Source: Takakia lepidozioides
Taxonomy: Eukaryota > Plantae > Bryophyta
Assembly: GCA_030704615.1 (NCBI GenBank)
Contig: CM060733.1
Location: 55,180,001 to 55,244,000 of the forward strand
DNA: 64,000 nucleotides
Direction of reading: 5' to 3'
This document shows, piece after piece, positions 1-11,510 of this stretch; the stretch's first letter is position 1; each line of letters starts with the position of its first letter. Both the position numbers and the translations under genes were made by a program. A model generated the notes under the pieces. That model made no database searches. It was not told the origin of the DNA and saw nothing but the letters and a program-made list of their open reading frames with translations.

Positions 1-2108
1 GCTCCAACAATTCAAGGCAATAGATGTTGTTACAACTGCTCGAATGAAATTATGGAATTTGGAACAACGCGGGAATGTGCAAAATCACGTTGAAGATTTT
101 TTGAATCTTCGGGTCCAAATCGAAGACATGAGTCATGTAGAAGCTCTAGACAACTTCAAAAGATGATTGAAAAAAAAAATTCAATGAGAGGTAATTTTAC
201 GCAACCCAGTTGATATTCACGAAGCAATTTCATTGGCCCAAAAGATTGAAGGGACGTTATCAAGATACGACGAAGGTATACATGTTCCATTGAACCAATA
301 TGGACCAACGCCTATGGAGCTTGGAAATCTTCGAAGATGGGATAACCTCCAATACTCTCAAAGAAATAGGCCGGGAATCAGATATGGGGAAGATAACACA
401 CAGCGGCGAATGAAATTGAATGACAAAGATGTGACCTCCTCAACATTCTCACGAACAGAAAGACAAAGGGAGACTAGACAATGTTATAACTGTGGAAAAT
501 ATGGACATCTTGCAGCGAACTGCCGAAGTGGAAGGTACAATCGACAAATTTATCGAAAACCTCTTAACAGTTTAAGGAGATGAGGTCGATTGGTAAATAT
601 AGAGAAACCTTAGAATGACGAGTGGTCACACTGGCTCGATATGACGTAATATTATGCATGCCTTGGATAGAATCTCACAACCCTGATGTTGATTGACGTC
701 GAAAGATAGTCAAAACCCATTGGGAGATCGAGTGAGGACATCATATCAAAACCTATCATCATTTGTTATAGATACTACAGCTATATGTAAGAAAGACTTA
801 TTATTTGTAGGTTTAATAAGAGACGTGGAAAATCCAAAAAAAGACATGAGTGAGGTCCCAATAGAATTACAGAGTGTATTGAAAGAGTTCAAAGATGTTT
901 TTCCAAATAACCTACCAGCACGGCTTCCGCCAAAGAGAAGAGTAGATCATAAGATTGAGGTTGTTCAAAGTAGTACTCCTTCTTGTAAAGTCCCTTATCG
1001 ATTAGCACCAAACGAGTTGGAAGAATGTAAGGCTCAAGTTGAGAACCTACTATCAAAAGGCTTTATAAGACCAAGTGTATCCCCGTATGGAGTGTCGCTG
1101 TTGTTTGTGAAGAAAAAAGATGGAGCTATGCGCATGTGCATTGATTATCGGACACTCAACCAGCAGACAGTGAAGAACAAGTACCCGTTACCACGCTTGG
1201 ACGATCTATTTGACCAACTGCGAGGAGCAAAATACTTTACGAAGCTTGATTTGAGGAGTGGATACAACCAAATTTGAGTCGCTGATGAAGATGTATATAA
1301 GACCACTTTCTGCACTAGGTATGGACATTTTGAATACATGGTTATGCCATTTGGTCTTACTAATGCCCCAACCACATTCATGGGCCTCATGAATGGTATC
1401 TTTCGCTCATTCTTAGATAGATTTGTGATAGTCTTATTAGATGATATTTTGATCTATAGTAACAACATTGTCGAGCATAGAAACCACCTCAAACAAGTAT
1501 TACAAGTTCTCCGTGAGAATCAGCTATATGCTAAAGCATCTAAATGTGAGTTTGGAATACGAAAAGTAGACTATCTTGGGCATCGCGTGAGTAGGAAGGG
1601 AATTGAGGTAATGAGTGAGAAAACAGAAGCTATTCAGCAGTGGATGGCCCCTGAAGACATTACCCAATTATTGAGTTTTTTTTGCCTTACCGGATTCTAC
1701 AGACAATTTGTACGAGCATTATCAAATATTGCCCAACCATTGATAAATCTTTTGGGCAAAGGAATTAGATTGAAGTGAGGTACAGAAGACGAGTTAGCAT
1801 TTCAAGCCTTGAAGGATACGTTGCTTCATGCCCCGATCTTGAAATGGTATGATCTGACAAGACTAATCAAGCTCTCGGTAGATGCGTCAGGCTCAGCAGT
1901 GGGTGGGGTGTCACAACAAGAATGGAAAGATGGATGGCATCCAGTGACATATTTTTTGCGCAAATTGTTACCTGCGGAATAAAATTACCATACAATCGAA
2001 CGAGAAGAATTGACTATTGTTTTAGCTACAAAACATTGGAAGCACTATCTTGGAGACAAAGAGTTCATAGTGGAGACAGACCATAAACCGTTGGTGTACT
2101 TGGACTCA
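1..2108 (+). pseudogene. Ty3/gypsy (chromovirus-type) gag-pol 5' part: Gag zinc knuckle, reverse transcriptase, RNase H; degenerate
   Basis: CYNCGKYGHLAANC knuckle (ORF 233-583). RT motifs [35 protein letters not shown] and LLDDILIY. RNase H VDAS...VETDHKPLVYL ends at about 2108. Several stops and frameshifts. Confidence 0.95.
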
Positions 2109-2131
2109 TCCTAATCTAATCATAAACTAGA

Positions 2132-2577
2132 TGTTAGAATAAGACAGCATGTAATAAAACCATAAGTTGTTGCCAGCTGTAACACCCAAGATCTACACAA
2201 ACTAGAATAGAAGTACTTCTCAACTTTTTCCCAAAACAACTCGATGCCTTCTAGGCTTTCATTGCAGGTTTATTACCCTTCACAGTATAATTATTTTAAA
2301 AGTTTGACTTGAGAGCCTCAAGTCAAAGCTTCCTGAAGTCAACCTTCCTAGGTTTGACATATTCTCCACAATATGACTTTATCAAAGATACTTCCTAAAG
2401 TCAACCTTCCTAGGTTTGACATATTTTTCATAATATGAATATCTTAGAGGTTTGACTTGAGAGCATCAAGTCAAACTTCCTTAAGTCAAACTTCTTATGA
2501 TCCTTCTTAATTATTCTAGAAACTTCTAGGGAACTTTCCTCCTCTATCTAGAACCTTCTAGATTCTACCCTGTTACA
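2132..2577 (-). mobile_element. 3' LTR of the chromovirus, preceded by a polypurine tract
   Basis: On the minus strand it begins TGTAACAGG (2577) and ends ...TTCTAACA (2132). A purine run (GAAAGAGAGAAAG, about 2579-2595) lies directly upstream, just after the chromodomain. Confidence 0.75.
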
Positions 2578-2599
2578 ATCTTTCTCTCTTTCAAGAAGC

Positions 2600-4201
2600 A
2601 ACGTCCTCGTTGTTCGAATTTTTCAAAAGCTTGAATTGTCAATTGAGCATTTGCGAGATTTTGCACCGGTTCTCAGGTAGCTTCATATAATGGAAATTCT
2701 TTCTATAAAACCTAATACTCCAACACCTCATGTCGCCTTCGTTTGTATGTGTGTTTTTTCAGAACACGGTCGATCTCCCACTCTTCATTTATGTCTATCA
2801 ACTTTGGTAAAGGTTGTGGTTCTTGATTATCTTTGAATATTGATGGTCGAGGTTCGTAACGACGTAGTAGAGAAACGTGAAATACCGGGTGGATCTTCAT
2901 ATGTGGTGGTAACTCCAGCTTGTATGCTATTGCTCCAATACATTTAATGATCGAAAAAAAACCAATGAACCGTGCCCCTAGTTTTCGCGATCCAATGATG
3001 TGTAAATTGGTTGTAGACAACCACACTTGATCCCCAACTACAAACTCATCATCCCGTCGACGTGCATTTGCATACTGCTTTTGGTGATTTTGGGCAACCA
3101 TCAGCTTCTCTTTAGCTTGACGTACTCCCCGTCGAATTTGTTGCACAAATGCGTTAGTCGCGGCTACCTTGGATAACTCATCATTTGGTAACTTGAACTT
3201 TGTAAGAGTTGTTGGCACATTTGGGTATTCACCATACATAAAAATAAAAATAAAAACTTTCGTTTACGCATTGACCGAGTTATTGTATGAAAATTCTACT
3301 AATGGTAATAACCAATCTCACTCTTCTTGTTCTTCTAACGTGAAAGCCCGCAACATGTCTTCAATTGTACGATTCGCTCGCTCTGTCTGTCCATCTGACT
3401 CCGGATGATAGGCTGTTGACATAGCTAATTTGGTTTTTAAAAGACCAAATAAGTTTTTCCAAAACAAGCTAGTAAATTAGGTACCCCTGTCAGTAATGAG
3501 AATTTTAGATAACCCATGATGGGAATAGACCGCTTCCAGATATAGTCGAGCTAGTTCAGGTGCAGTGACGGATTTTCTAGTGGGACGGATGTGTATCATC
3601 TTACTCAATTTATCTATAAAGACCACTATAGTGTCGTATCCCGATGAGGTTTGAGGTAACTCACAAACTAAATCCATGCTCATATGTTCCCAACGTCTGT
3701 TTGGTATTGGTAGTGGTTGTAAAAGACCTGCTGGCTTGCGGTTTGTTGACTTGTTTTGTTGACATTTCATGCAACTTCGAACGTACGCCTCCACCTCGTC
3801 TCGTATCCGCGACCAATAAAATGTTCGTTTTAGTTGTTCGAATGTTTTTTCAACTCCAACGTGTCCTGCTATCGCCGTATCATGAGCTTCAACCAAGACT
3901 TATGTCTTCAATGCAGGTTCATCAGGGATTCAAAGTTTACTTTCCTTGAATACCAACCCTCGAACTTCTGTCACTTTGCCTTTCTTCTTAGCATCCACGA
4001 TCTCCCCATCATCTTTAGAAGTCGTCGCTATCTTGTTCTACCAATCGGGTTGAATGTTGATTTCTGTCAATGTGTTCATGCACGGAATCCTTGTCATTGC
4101 ATCCGTCAATTGCCGTTTTCCCTCCACATAGACGATTTTCATGTTAAATTGTTGTCGCTACTCCGCCCAACGAATCTGTCTCTTCGATAGATCTTTCTGT
4201 G
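2600..4201 (-). pseudogene. Ty3/gypsy RNase H end + integrase (H2C2, DDE core, GPY/F) + chromodomain
   Basis: AHD...GHVG...CMKCQ zinc finger, WEHMSMDL, ITDRG, HPVFHVSLL and EEWEIDRVL...EVLEY. Stops are present. Confidence 0.93.
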
Positions 4202-5615
4202 TTGGTGATCTGGCTTCTTTCTGTGGCTGTGCTGGAAGGACATCTAGCTGACCTATATGTAAGTGTCACGCGGCACTAAGATTAGATTACGACCTAATAC
4301 TATTTAAGCTGCACTGTCGTGGCAATGGGGGTGGTGACTTTCATCTTACGTGAGTGTGCACTTGATGTAACGGTGTGCTTGAGTGTGTTGATGAATGTTT
4401 TGTGGATGTCTAACTTTGTTGCGTCCTCTTCGTGAGATTCCATCTTCTCTGCCAGGCCCATCTATCGACTACATCCCCCTGATAAAATTAAGTCCGGTAG
4501 AGGAAGGGGAACAAACCCATAGCGCCGGAATCAGGCTTCACTACCCTTTGTACTCTTTCATTAACAGTTTCCCTTTATTAGAATAAAATAAATAATTGGC
4601 ACGTACCGGTCACTGTTTTTCAGGCGGGTACAAATTGCAAACGGACCACTATAATCCATACCCATCATCTCCACTACCCTATACTTGTCTCCTCCTCCAT
4701 TCCCTCAAAACTTGTGCTCCCACCTACTACTACCGTTCTTCAGATTTGAAGGTTCCATTTCCCATGTTCCCACCCTAAGACCCAATAAATATTAATTAAT
4801 TGATTAATATCAAAGCAGAAAAGCGGATTCTATTTCACACCGGCAAGAGGAGGGGAAAGGGTTCGGTGGCAGGTGGGGGCAGGACAGGTGCCCGCTGACA
4901 GCGGAGGACAGGTGTACCAACCTTCCAACCCTGCGCGGCGACTGCGCCGACCCACGCCGCGTACGGTCGCCGCAGTGATGCCCATCATAAGGTCAATCGC
5001 CGCATCATGGCATAATGGCCATGCCCGCATCATGAGCTGGTCCTCCGGATCCTCGCCGTCCAAAGTAGGGCAACCAGGGCCTGCACGCCGTGGATGCCAC
5101 ATGACAGGTGGGGGGCAAGCATGCATCCGACTGGACATGATGCCAGAGATGCATGGCCATGCGCCCCCGCGATCATGCCGACGGGCGACGCTCGCCCGGC
5201 CCGACCCCGCTACGCGACAGCCCGCGCCGGGCGCCTGTCCGCGTATGCGCTGTCCGGGGACACGGCGCCCGCGCCACGTGTGTGCCCGAGATCACCCGGG
5301 CAGCGTCTGCCCGGAGGGAAATATTTGGTCGGCCGCGCTTGGATCCGCGGACACACGAACTCCTTGTTTTGTCAGCCGCTCTCTGCAGATTGGATGCTTG
5401 AGAGACAAGATGCGTGATAGACAATGCAGCATGCGTGAGTTGCAACTTGCAATTGAAACGTGGAGAGAAGAGTTTTTCTTCGATTTTTCTGGATCCCATG
5501 CCCGTGACTCACATCTACATGTAGTTGAACACGGAAAACAGAGACGAAATTGTCAATATTCAAACGGTGAGTGTAAGTGGTAGGTTGGACTCAATCGCCA
5601 AGAAATGGTGTGTTT

Positions 5616-5621
5616 TATAAG
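5616..5621 (+). promoter_or_regulatory. Candidate TATA box of the LTP-like gene
   Basis: TATAAG about 105 bp upstream of the ATG at 5724. Confidence 0.4.
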
Positions 5622-5723
5622 CAGTTGCTGGGGAACTCAATGTGGTACTTGAATCCCAGATCCAGTGTCGATCGATTGCAGAGCACTTGCTTCAGTTAGA
5701 TCCAGCAGTATCCTCGACCGGCT

Positions 5724-6069
5724 ATGGCGATGGTGAAGGTGGCTGCACCGGCAGCCCTAGCTCTCTTAGTGGTCATGGCGATGGTGGCAGGATCTGCACA
5801 AGCATCCACATGTCCGCCCCAGTTCCCTTTGAGTTGCGCGTCGTACGTCCTTGATGGGCGCGCGGTTCCATTGAAGTTCTGCTGCATTGAGGTTCAGGAC
5901 AACTTTCAGCTCCTGAAACCCACTTCCAGCCTGACAAGTTACTGCGAGGCCATCACAGGAGTGAAGCTGTACAACGGACCCTTGACTGGAACGGAGTTGA
6001 GCTTGGCTCTAGGCCTCCCTCAAAAATGCGCATTGAGCGGCCAATACAAGAAGGGCCAGACATGTAACG
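5724..6069 (+). CDS. Secreted Cys-rich non-specific lipid-transfer-protein-like (prolamin superfamily) gene, exon 1
   Basis: Signal peptide ending ...GSAQA. Cys pattern C-C-CC-C-C-C with an LPQKC motif. GTGAGT donor at 6070, exactly 4 nt after the last Cys codon, as in type D/G nsLTPs. The second exon is not resolved. Confidence 0.8.
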
Positions 6070-7279
6070 GTGAGTAGTGCACTTCTACATCATCTCTCGA
6101 TTGAATTGGACTGCTTGATGAAATGTGGCGCAGTCTTCATGATGTAGCCATAGCCTGAGCTTGTCTTCATTGATTGGATTCGCAGATAAGAGTACCTATA
6201 ATTGCACAGGTGATTGTACATAGGCACAACAGATAGCCTATCTGAATGAGTGTTCGGAATCCTCTCAAACGTATTGCCTCTGTTTTGGTGTTCCTGCGTA
6301 ATGCTGTTGGGGGTTTTGCTTCAGCTTCTACTTCGTGGCAGATGATGCCCCCGCCATAGTTCGATATCTCATAGTAGTGGTGGGATGTGTTGTGCAGGGA
6401 CAATCGTGCTCGGAGGCAGTTAGAAATGCGTCGAATTACAGTCGACTTGTGCCCCACATTTCGGCATTCATTCCACTGGCTATCATATTACTTGTGTTGT
6501 TCGTTATGAATGCTAGGAATCTCTACGGACTAGATAGTGGCTGCGTGTCGCCCAGCTCTCGACTGCTACGTTAGTGGAGAATCTGTTTTGAAGGGTATGT
6601 ACCTCTTATTAGACTTGCATTTGCAAGTTTCCTAAAAATTTTGCCCTTCATGTTGAAGGGGAGTAATTTTGACAGCCCTTCGTTTGTTTTTGGCGAGCAT
6701 GCATGTAACATAAAAGCAATTTTGCTGTACAGTACAGTGTGTGTACACGCCAAACGAAAGTATTTTCACATTCCACAAGTCCACATCAGTGTATTTAATA
6801 GATTGCCAAATTTCCACCTGAAAATGGGTCAGCTGTTTTTATGAAAGAATTATGGGAGATTTAAAAAATCACCGGAAAGCGCCAATTTTCAAATATCAGG
6901 AGCCAGATTTGTCCCATGGGACATGTTAATATATGACACCTGTTATATAGCCATTTTTGTAACTTTGTCACCTCCTTATTCTCGCCACCTGGGCACTGGG
7001 TAGAATCTACATGTCGCCCTGCCTGCGGATTTGGAAAAGTGAAAAAAAAACACTGGTCCACATATGATAAAAAAATTATGAGAGAAATTCAATCTGAATC
7101 TATTTCCAATGGAACAGCTCAACGGTTCTTCATGCCACTCCAAATCTCAAAAATGGCGGTCCAATCTATGGCCTCCACTTCAAGCCCAGATAAAGAAACT
7201 CGCATCAATGCATCCAAAGTCATCTATTTCTACGGCCACTTTTCACCCAATTTTGCTTTGAAAACCCACCCATTGGGCG

Positions 7280-7560
7280 GACTATCAATATATGAATTGA
7301 GACGTTTGTTTTGTTTTGTTTTGTTTTGTTTTGTTTGTTTGTAGCGCCGTCGAGATCTCCCAAACCGCGAGCCCGGTGCTTGGTGCTGTTGGAAAGCCCT
7401 CGATGAGGAGGGGTGCACCGGCTTGGACTCATGATTTTTGGACCAGCGGTGAGGGAGATGTGGAATTCCAAGTACTTTTGGTCGTTGGAAATTCACAAAA
7501 AATAGCAAAAATGGCAAAGTGGGCATTCCTAGGGACAATGGTTGGAGCATCGACCGGAGA
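7280..7560 (+). repeat. Dispersed non-coding repeat, copy 1 (homologous to 56430-56720)
   Basis: Shares GAGATCTCCCAAACCGCG, TTGGAAAGCCC..ATGAGGAGGGGTGCACCGGCTTGG and CAAGTACTTTTGGTCG blocks with copy 2. Confidence 0.8.
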
Positions 7561-9589
7561 GATATATACGGAAAGGTCTCCGGTTCAAATCTAGTCGTGG
7601 GCTCTGTGGAAAAATCTTACTTGGGCCTGTAAGACCATTTCTCTACCCGGGGGATATTCCCTTACCCTCTACGAGTTTGGGCGCTGAAGCGGGGAAGTTA
7701 GCCAGTAAAGCACGCCAAGCTAAATGGGAAGGATCTCTTGCTAGAGGAGCCTCACAAGTAGGCCAATCAAATCACATGCAAGGGCATCAAGTGTAACACA
7801 TCCAAACACCATGCTCATCCAGGTACACTGTCATCATCACACAAAACATCATGGGTTTAGCATAAGCCAACCGTTTTTTATATTAAGGAAAGGGCTAATC
7901 CGAAATGGCAAATGGTGGCCTCTTATTGGCTGCCAGGATTTCTTTAAGTTTCTCCCACACATCAACAGCCACCCTGTCAGATTTGGTTACTGTTGGAATG
8001 AGACAAGGGCCTTGGCTAACATTAGGCACATTTAATTAGCTATACCAACCGCCCTGCTTTTCATCTAGCCAATGAACAGAAGAGCATCTGCAATAGGTGG
8101 AATACTCCATCTTACATATGTAGGGTCAAAGCATGCTATGGTCCACCCAAAATGGACGTCCCAAGCTCTAAGCGAATGCAGTGCCACATAGAAGGACTGA
8201 CATGGATGTGGGATATAAGTGCATTTTGAAAGTTTAGACATGAATCATTGATCCTTATTCTGTGCTGAAAACAACGGTGGTTTTTTTTTTGGAATCCATG
8301 GAGATTTGAGCATTGAATGAAGTCCAAACGTAAAAGTATGTATGATGTCCAAAGTAAGGTTGTGGACTATATGGAATCAAATGGAGTGGTGGAAACTTCA
8401 ATTCACATAGGGATTTTATTGTCCAGTAGGAAGGTCATCGTTATACGTGGAAAATGTAGCCCTAAAAATTAGTTTATGAGATATGTGAGAAATTTTCAAA
8501 GTCTATTATTTTATCTTGGAACATCCTAATTCATCTAGAAAATAATGTTACGTTCACATAAGGGCAAAGAGGTTGCAGGAGACACTAAAGGTTGCTACGT
8601 ATGCCATTTTGGTGAAAAAATCTAAGTCATTCGAGTTGCCTACCGTGAGATATGGACTGTGCGGCTGCGTCCGCCATGGAAGCTGCATGAAAAGCTTCAA
8701 GACAACAGTCTCGCACATGGAGTGTGCAAGACGGTGGGTCACCCGTCGCCGGGTGGTCTGTCAACGTAGATTTTCAAAATGTCTGCGCGTTTGCAAGTGT
8801 GGCCCATACACCTTTGCCCTAATGGCCTAACGTTCTATTCGTGCTATTAATCTTCTTTCTCATATTTTTTAGTGTGCAGAGATAGCCGTGCATGATATGC
8901 TTTCAGTTGCTAAGCGCACAGTTGCCCTGGAACACGTTGGATACGGGGTGTGACATGGGCAATATCTGCGTGCAACCTCGCCATTTCCTCCAGCATTCAG
9001 GTGTTTGGTTTCACTACGCACGCACATTCTTTTGTCTATGTTGCTCACCTGAGTTCGAAGAAAGTGCCATCTGTAGTATTTATTGATACATGTGTGAGTT
9101 TTGGAGGTTGCAATCTTTGTATAGTGATAACTAGCTGTAAGTGGTATTGTGTTTGCGTTTGTGAGGGTCACAATCTGAACCATATCAGCCCCATCTACTA
9201 GCTCAAGTCTTGGGTACGCAAGCTGCTTGTAGGTTGCGTGCACTACAATCGCAGCTACTTACAGCCTGCCCATTACCTACATCTAGAATAATGTTAATCT
9301 TCCCTCAGGTTGAACATGAGTCAGAGGATGTACTATGTGTTAGTTTGGATAGGTTGTCTGTCCAAGGCTCCCACCACCATAGCAATCTCATGCCTTATCG
9401 TGCTCGTCCTGTTTTTGAGTGGGAACCCCTACCGGCATATTGCATTGACTGCCCTATAGCAGGAGACTTGATTATATACAGGGTCCCTGTCAAGGTGCAT
9501 CCTTGGGGGTTCAAAATGATGTTGTATTGTGATGATATGCGATTTTCCAGATTCAAAGATTGGACCTTGTGTGTGAGGCGAGGAGAACA

Positions 9590-11510
9590 GGTTATAATGA
9601 CAGGGCTCTCCCATTTGGTGTCATATTCATTGAAGATTTTCCTAGTTGCAGGTGTACATTGGTGTAAAAAAACCAACAGTACTGTTATTCTTCTCACTTT
9701 TCCTTTGGGTTGTTTTGTAGGCCATGTCTTCATACAACTGAATTGGACTGGGACAACCATTGAGAGACAATGGTATGTACTTGAACTCGGGTCTGGTTTT
9801 CTTTTCTCTCTACTTTGCTAACAGTTGTATCATTTTTCAATGGGGAAAAAGAAGAACATAGGGTAAATGGAGAGGTAAGGCCAGGCCCCCCTTCAATAGG
9901 GCAAAATTGGCTTTGTTGGCTGCAGCCAAGCCCACTGAGGATGCATGCAAACAAGCCATCCAGCACTACTTTTTGGCAGCGATGGGAGAGAACCTCACCA
10001 AGCGTGTGCATGAAATGTTGTTTTCAAGTACTCGGTCCTTTTAACATCTTTCTCCGGACATATGCATCCGAGCTACTAAAGGGGTCTGGCCATGTGAGGG
10101 TGGCCATGTATCAAATTTGTACTTCTGCTCATTGAGCATTTCCACACTGAACAAAAAGCTGATTATGCACCACCCAATTGGGCGCTCATAGTTCAGTTGA
10201 CCTTTCTATTTCAATTTCTCAATGGTTGCTTGGGTTTGTACTGAACAGGCATTGAGATCATCATATAGGCTCCATATTTGCTAGACCTTTATTCTTCATT
10301 CAGAAGAGAGCTAAGATCATGAGGATTGATGATTAGGTCGGCTGGTACAACGTCAGTGCGTGCTACCATAGACAGGCTTGACTGGTTATAGGAGAGGACG
10401 GGTTATACTGACATACATAAGCATAGGTGGGTGGTGGCTGCAATCATAGAGCGAAGATGAGGGCAAAAGATTTTAGCTACAATATTAGGATGAGTTTTGT
10501 GGACAGGCCCCGTGCAAGAGATCCCCAGGCTGCCACATGTTTTGGAAACATTACCCTCCATCTTGGGATTAGATATCCAAAAGTTAGGCCAGATCGCTCT
10601 AAGATGCATTACTTTGATTAAAGATGGGAACCATGAAGTCGGATGAATTGAGGTTCTCTATGGCTCATTATGGGACCTGGATTGGTGCTCGGTATCTCTC
10701 CAATAACAGGGTGGTCTTTGTCATGGTAGTTTCTCTTCTTTCAGATCTGAGTTGGCACTCACAAGTTCTTTGTTGCTGCTGCGTTTGGTGGAATTTTACC
10801 AGGTATTCAGCTGAGGTGAGGCCAGGGCGCTTTGGGATAATAATTACACCGTACAAGCAACAACTATTACTGCTTCAGAATCGCTTTATTCGTGCACTAG
10901 GTTCTGGTGCAGCATGTGACATTGAGTTCAATACTGTGGATGGATTTCAAGGACGTGAAGTTGACATTCTGATTATGTCCACAGTCTGGATGACAAGGGC
11001 AAGAGAATAATAGGAATGGTGAAGTAAATCGTGGAAGCATTGGGTTTGTGGCTGATTACAGAACAAGTAAAGGTGGGGGCTTTCCCCTTTGTTCTCATAT
11101 TCATTGAAGATTTTCCTACTTGGTGTAAATTGGTGCAAGAAAACCAAGAGTGTTGATATTAAAGGTGGGGGCTCTCCCATTTGTTCTCATATTCATTGCA
11201 GATTTTCCTACTTGGTGTAAATTGGTGCAACAAAACCGAGAGTGTTGATATTCTTCTCACATTTGCTTTGGGTTGTTTTGCAGGCCATGTCTTCATACAA
11301 CTGAATTGGACTGGGACAACCATTGGGAGAGAGATGACACTTGAGTAAACTGTTGTCTGGTTTCAGATCTCTATACTTTGCTAACAGTTGTATCAGTTTT
11401 CAATGGGGAACAAGAAGAACAAGTATAGGGTAAATGGAGAGGTAAGACCAGGCCCCCAAAAAAGGGCAAAACTGGCTTTGTTGGCTGCAGCCAGGCCCAC
11501 CGAGGATGCA
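9590..11510 (+). repeat. Diverged direct duplication of the 5' exons of the Sola2-type gene (about 9600-9960 vs 11165-11510), plus a ~90-bp tandem copy at 11070-11160
   Basis: GGCCATGTCTTCATACAACTGAATTGGACTGGGACAACCATTG and the peptide RVNGEVRPGP occur in both copies. Confidence 0.85.
10803..10987 (+). pseudogene. Captured exon of a SEN1/UPF1-like SF1 helicase (AAA_12 C-terminal motifs)
   Basis: After a CAG acceptor it reads ...GIIITPYKQQL...IEFNTVDGFQGREVDILIMSTV. No other helicase exons were seen. Confidence 0.88.

Noticed and set aside
4830-5583. Overlapping ORFs in a GC-rich patch upstream of the LTP gene
   Set aside because: No domain signal, and open frames are expected from the GC content.
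7600-8330. Possible degraded coding fragment on the minus strand
   Set aside because: Many stops and no motif I could assign.
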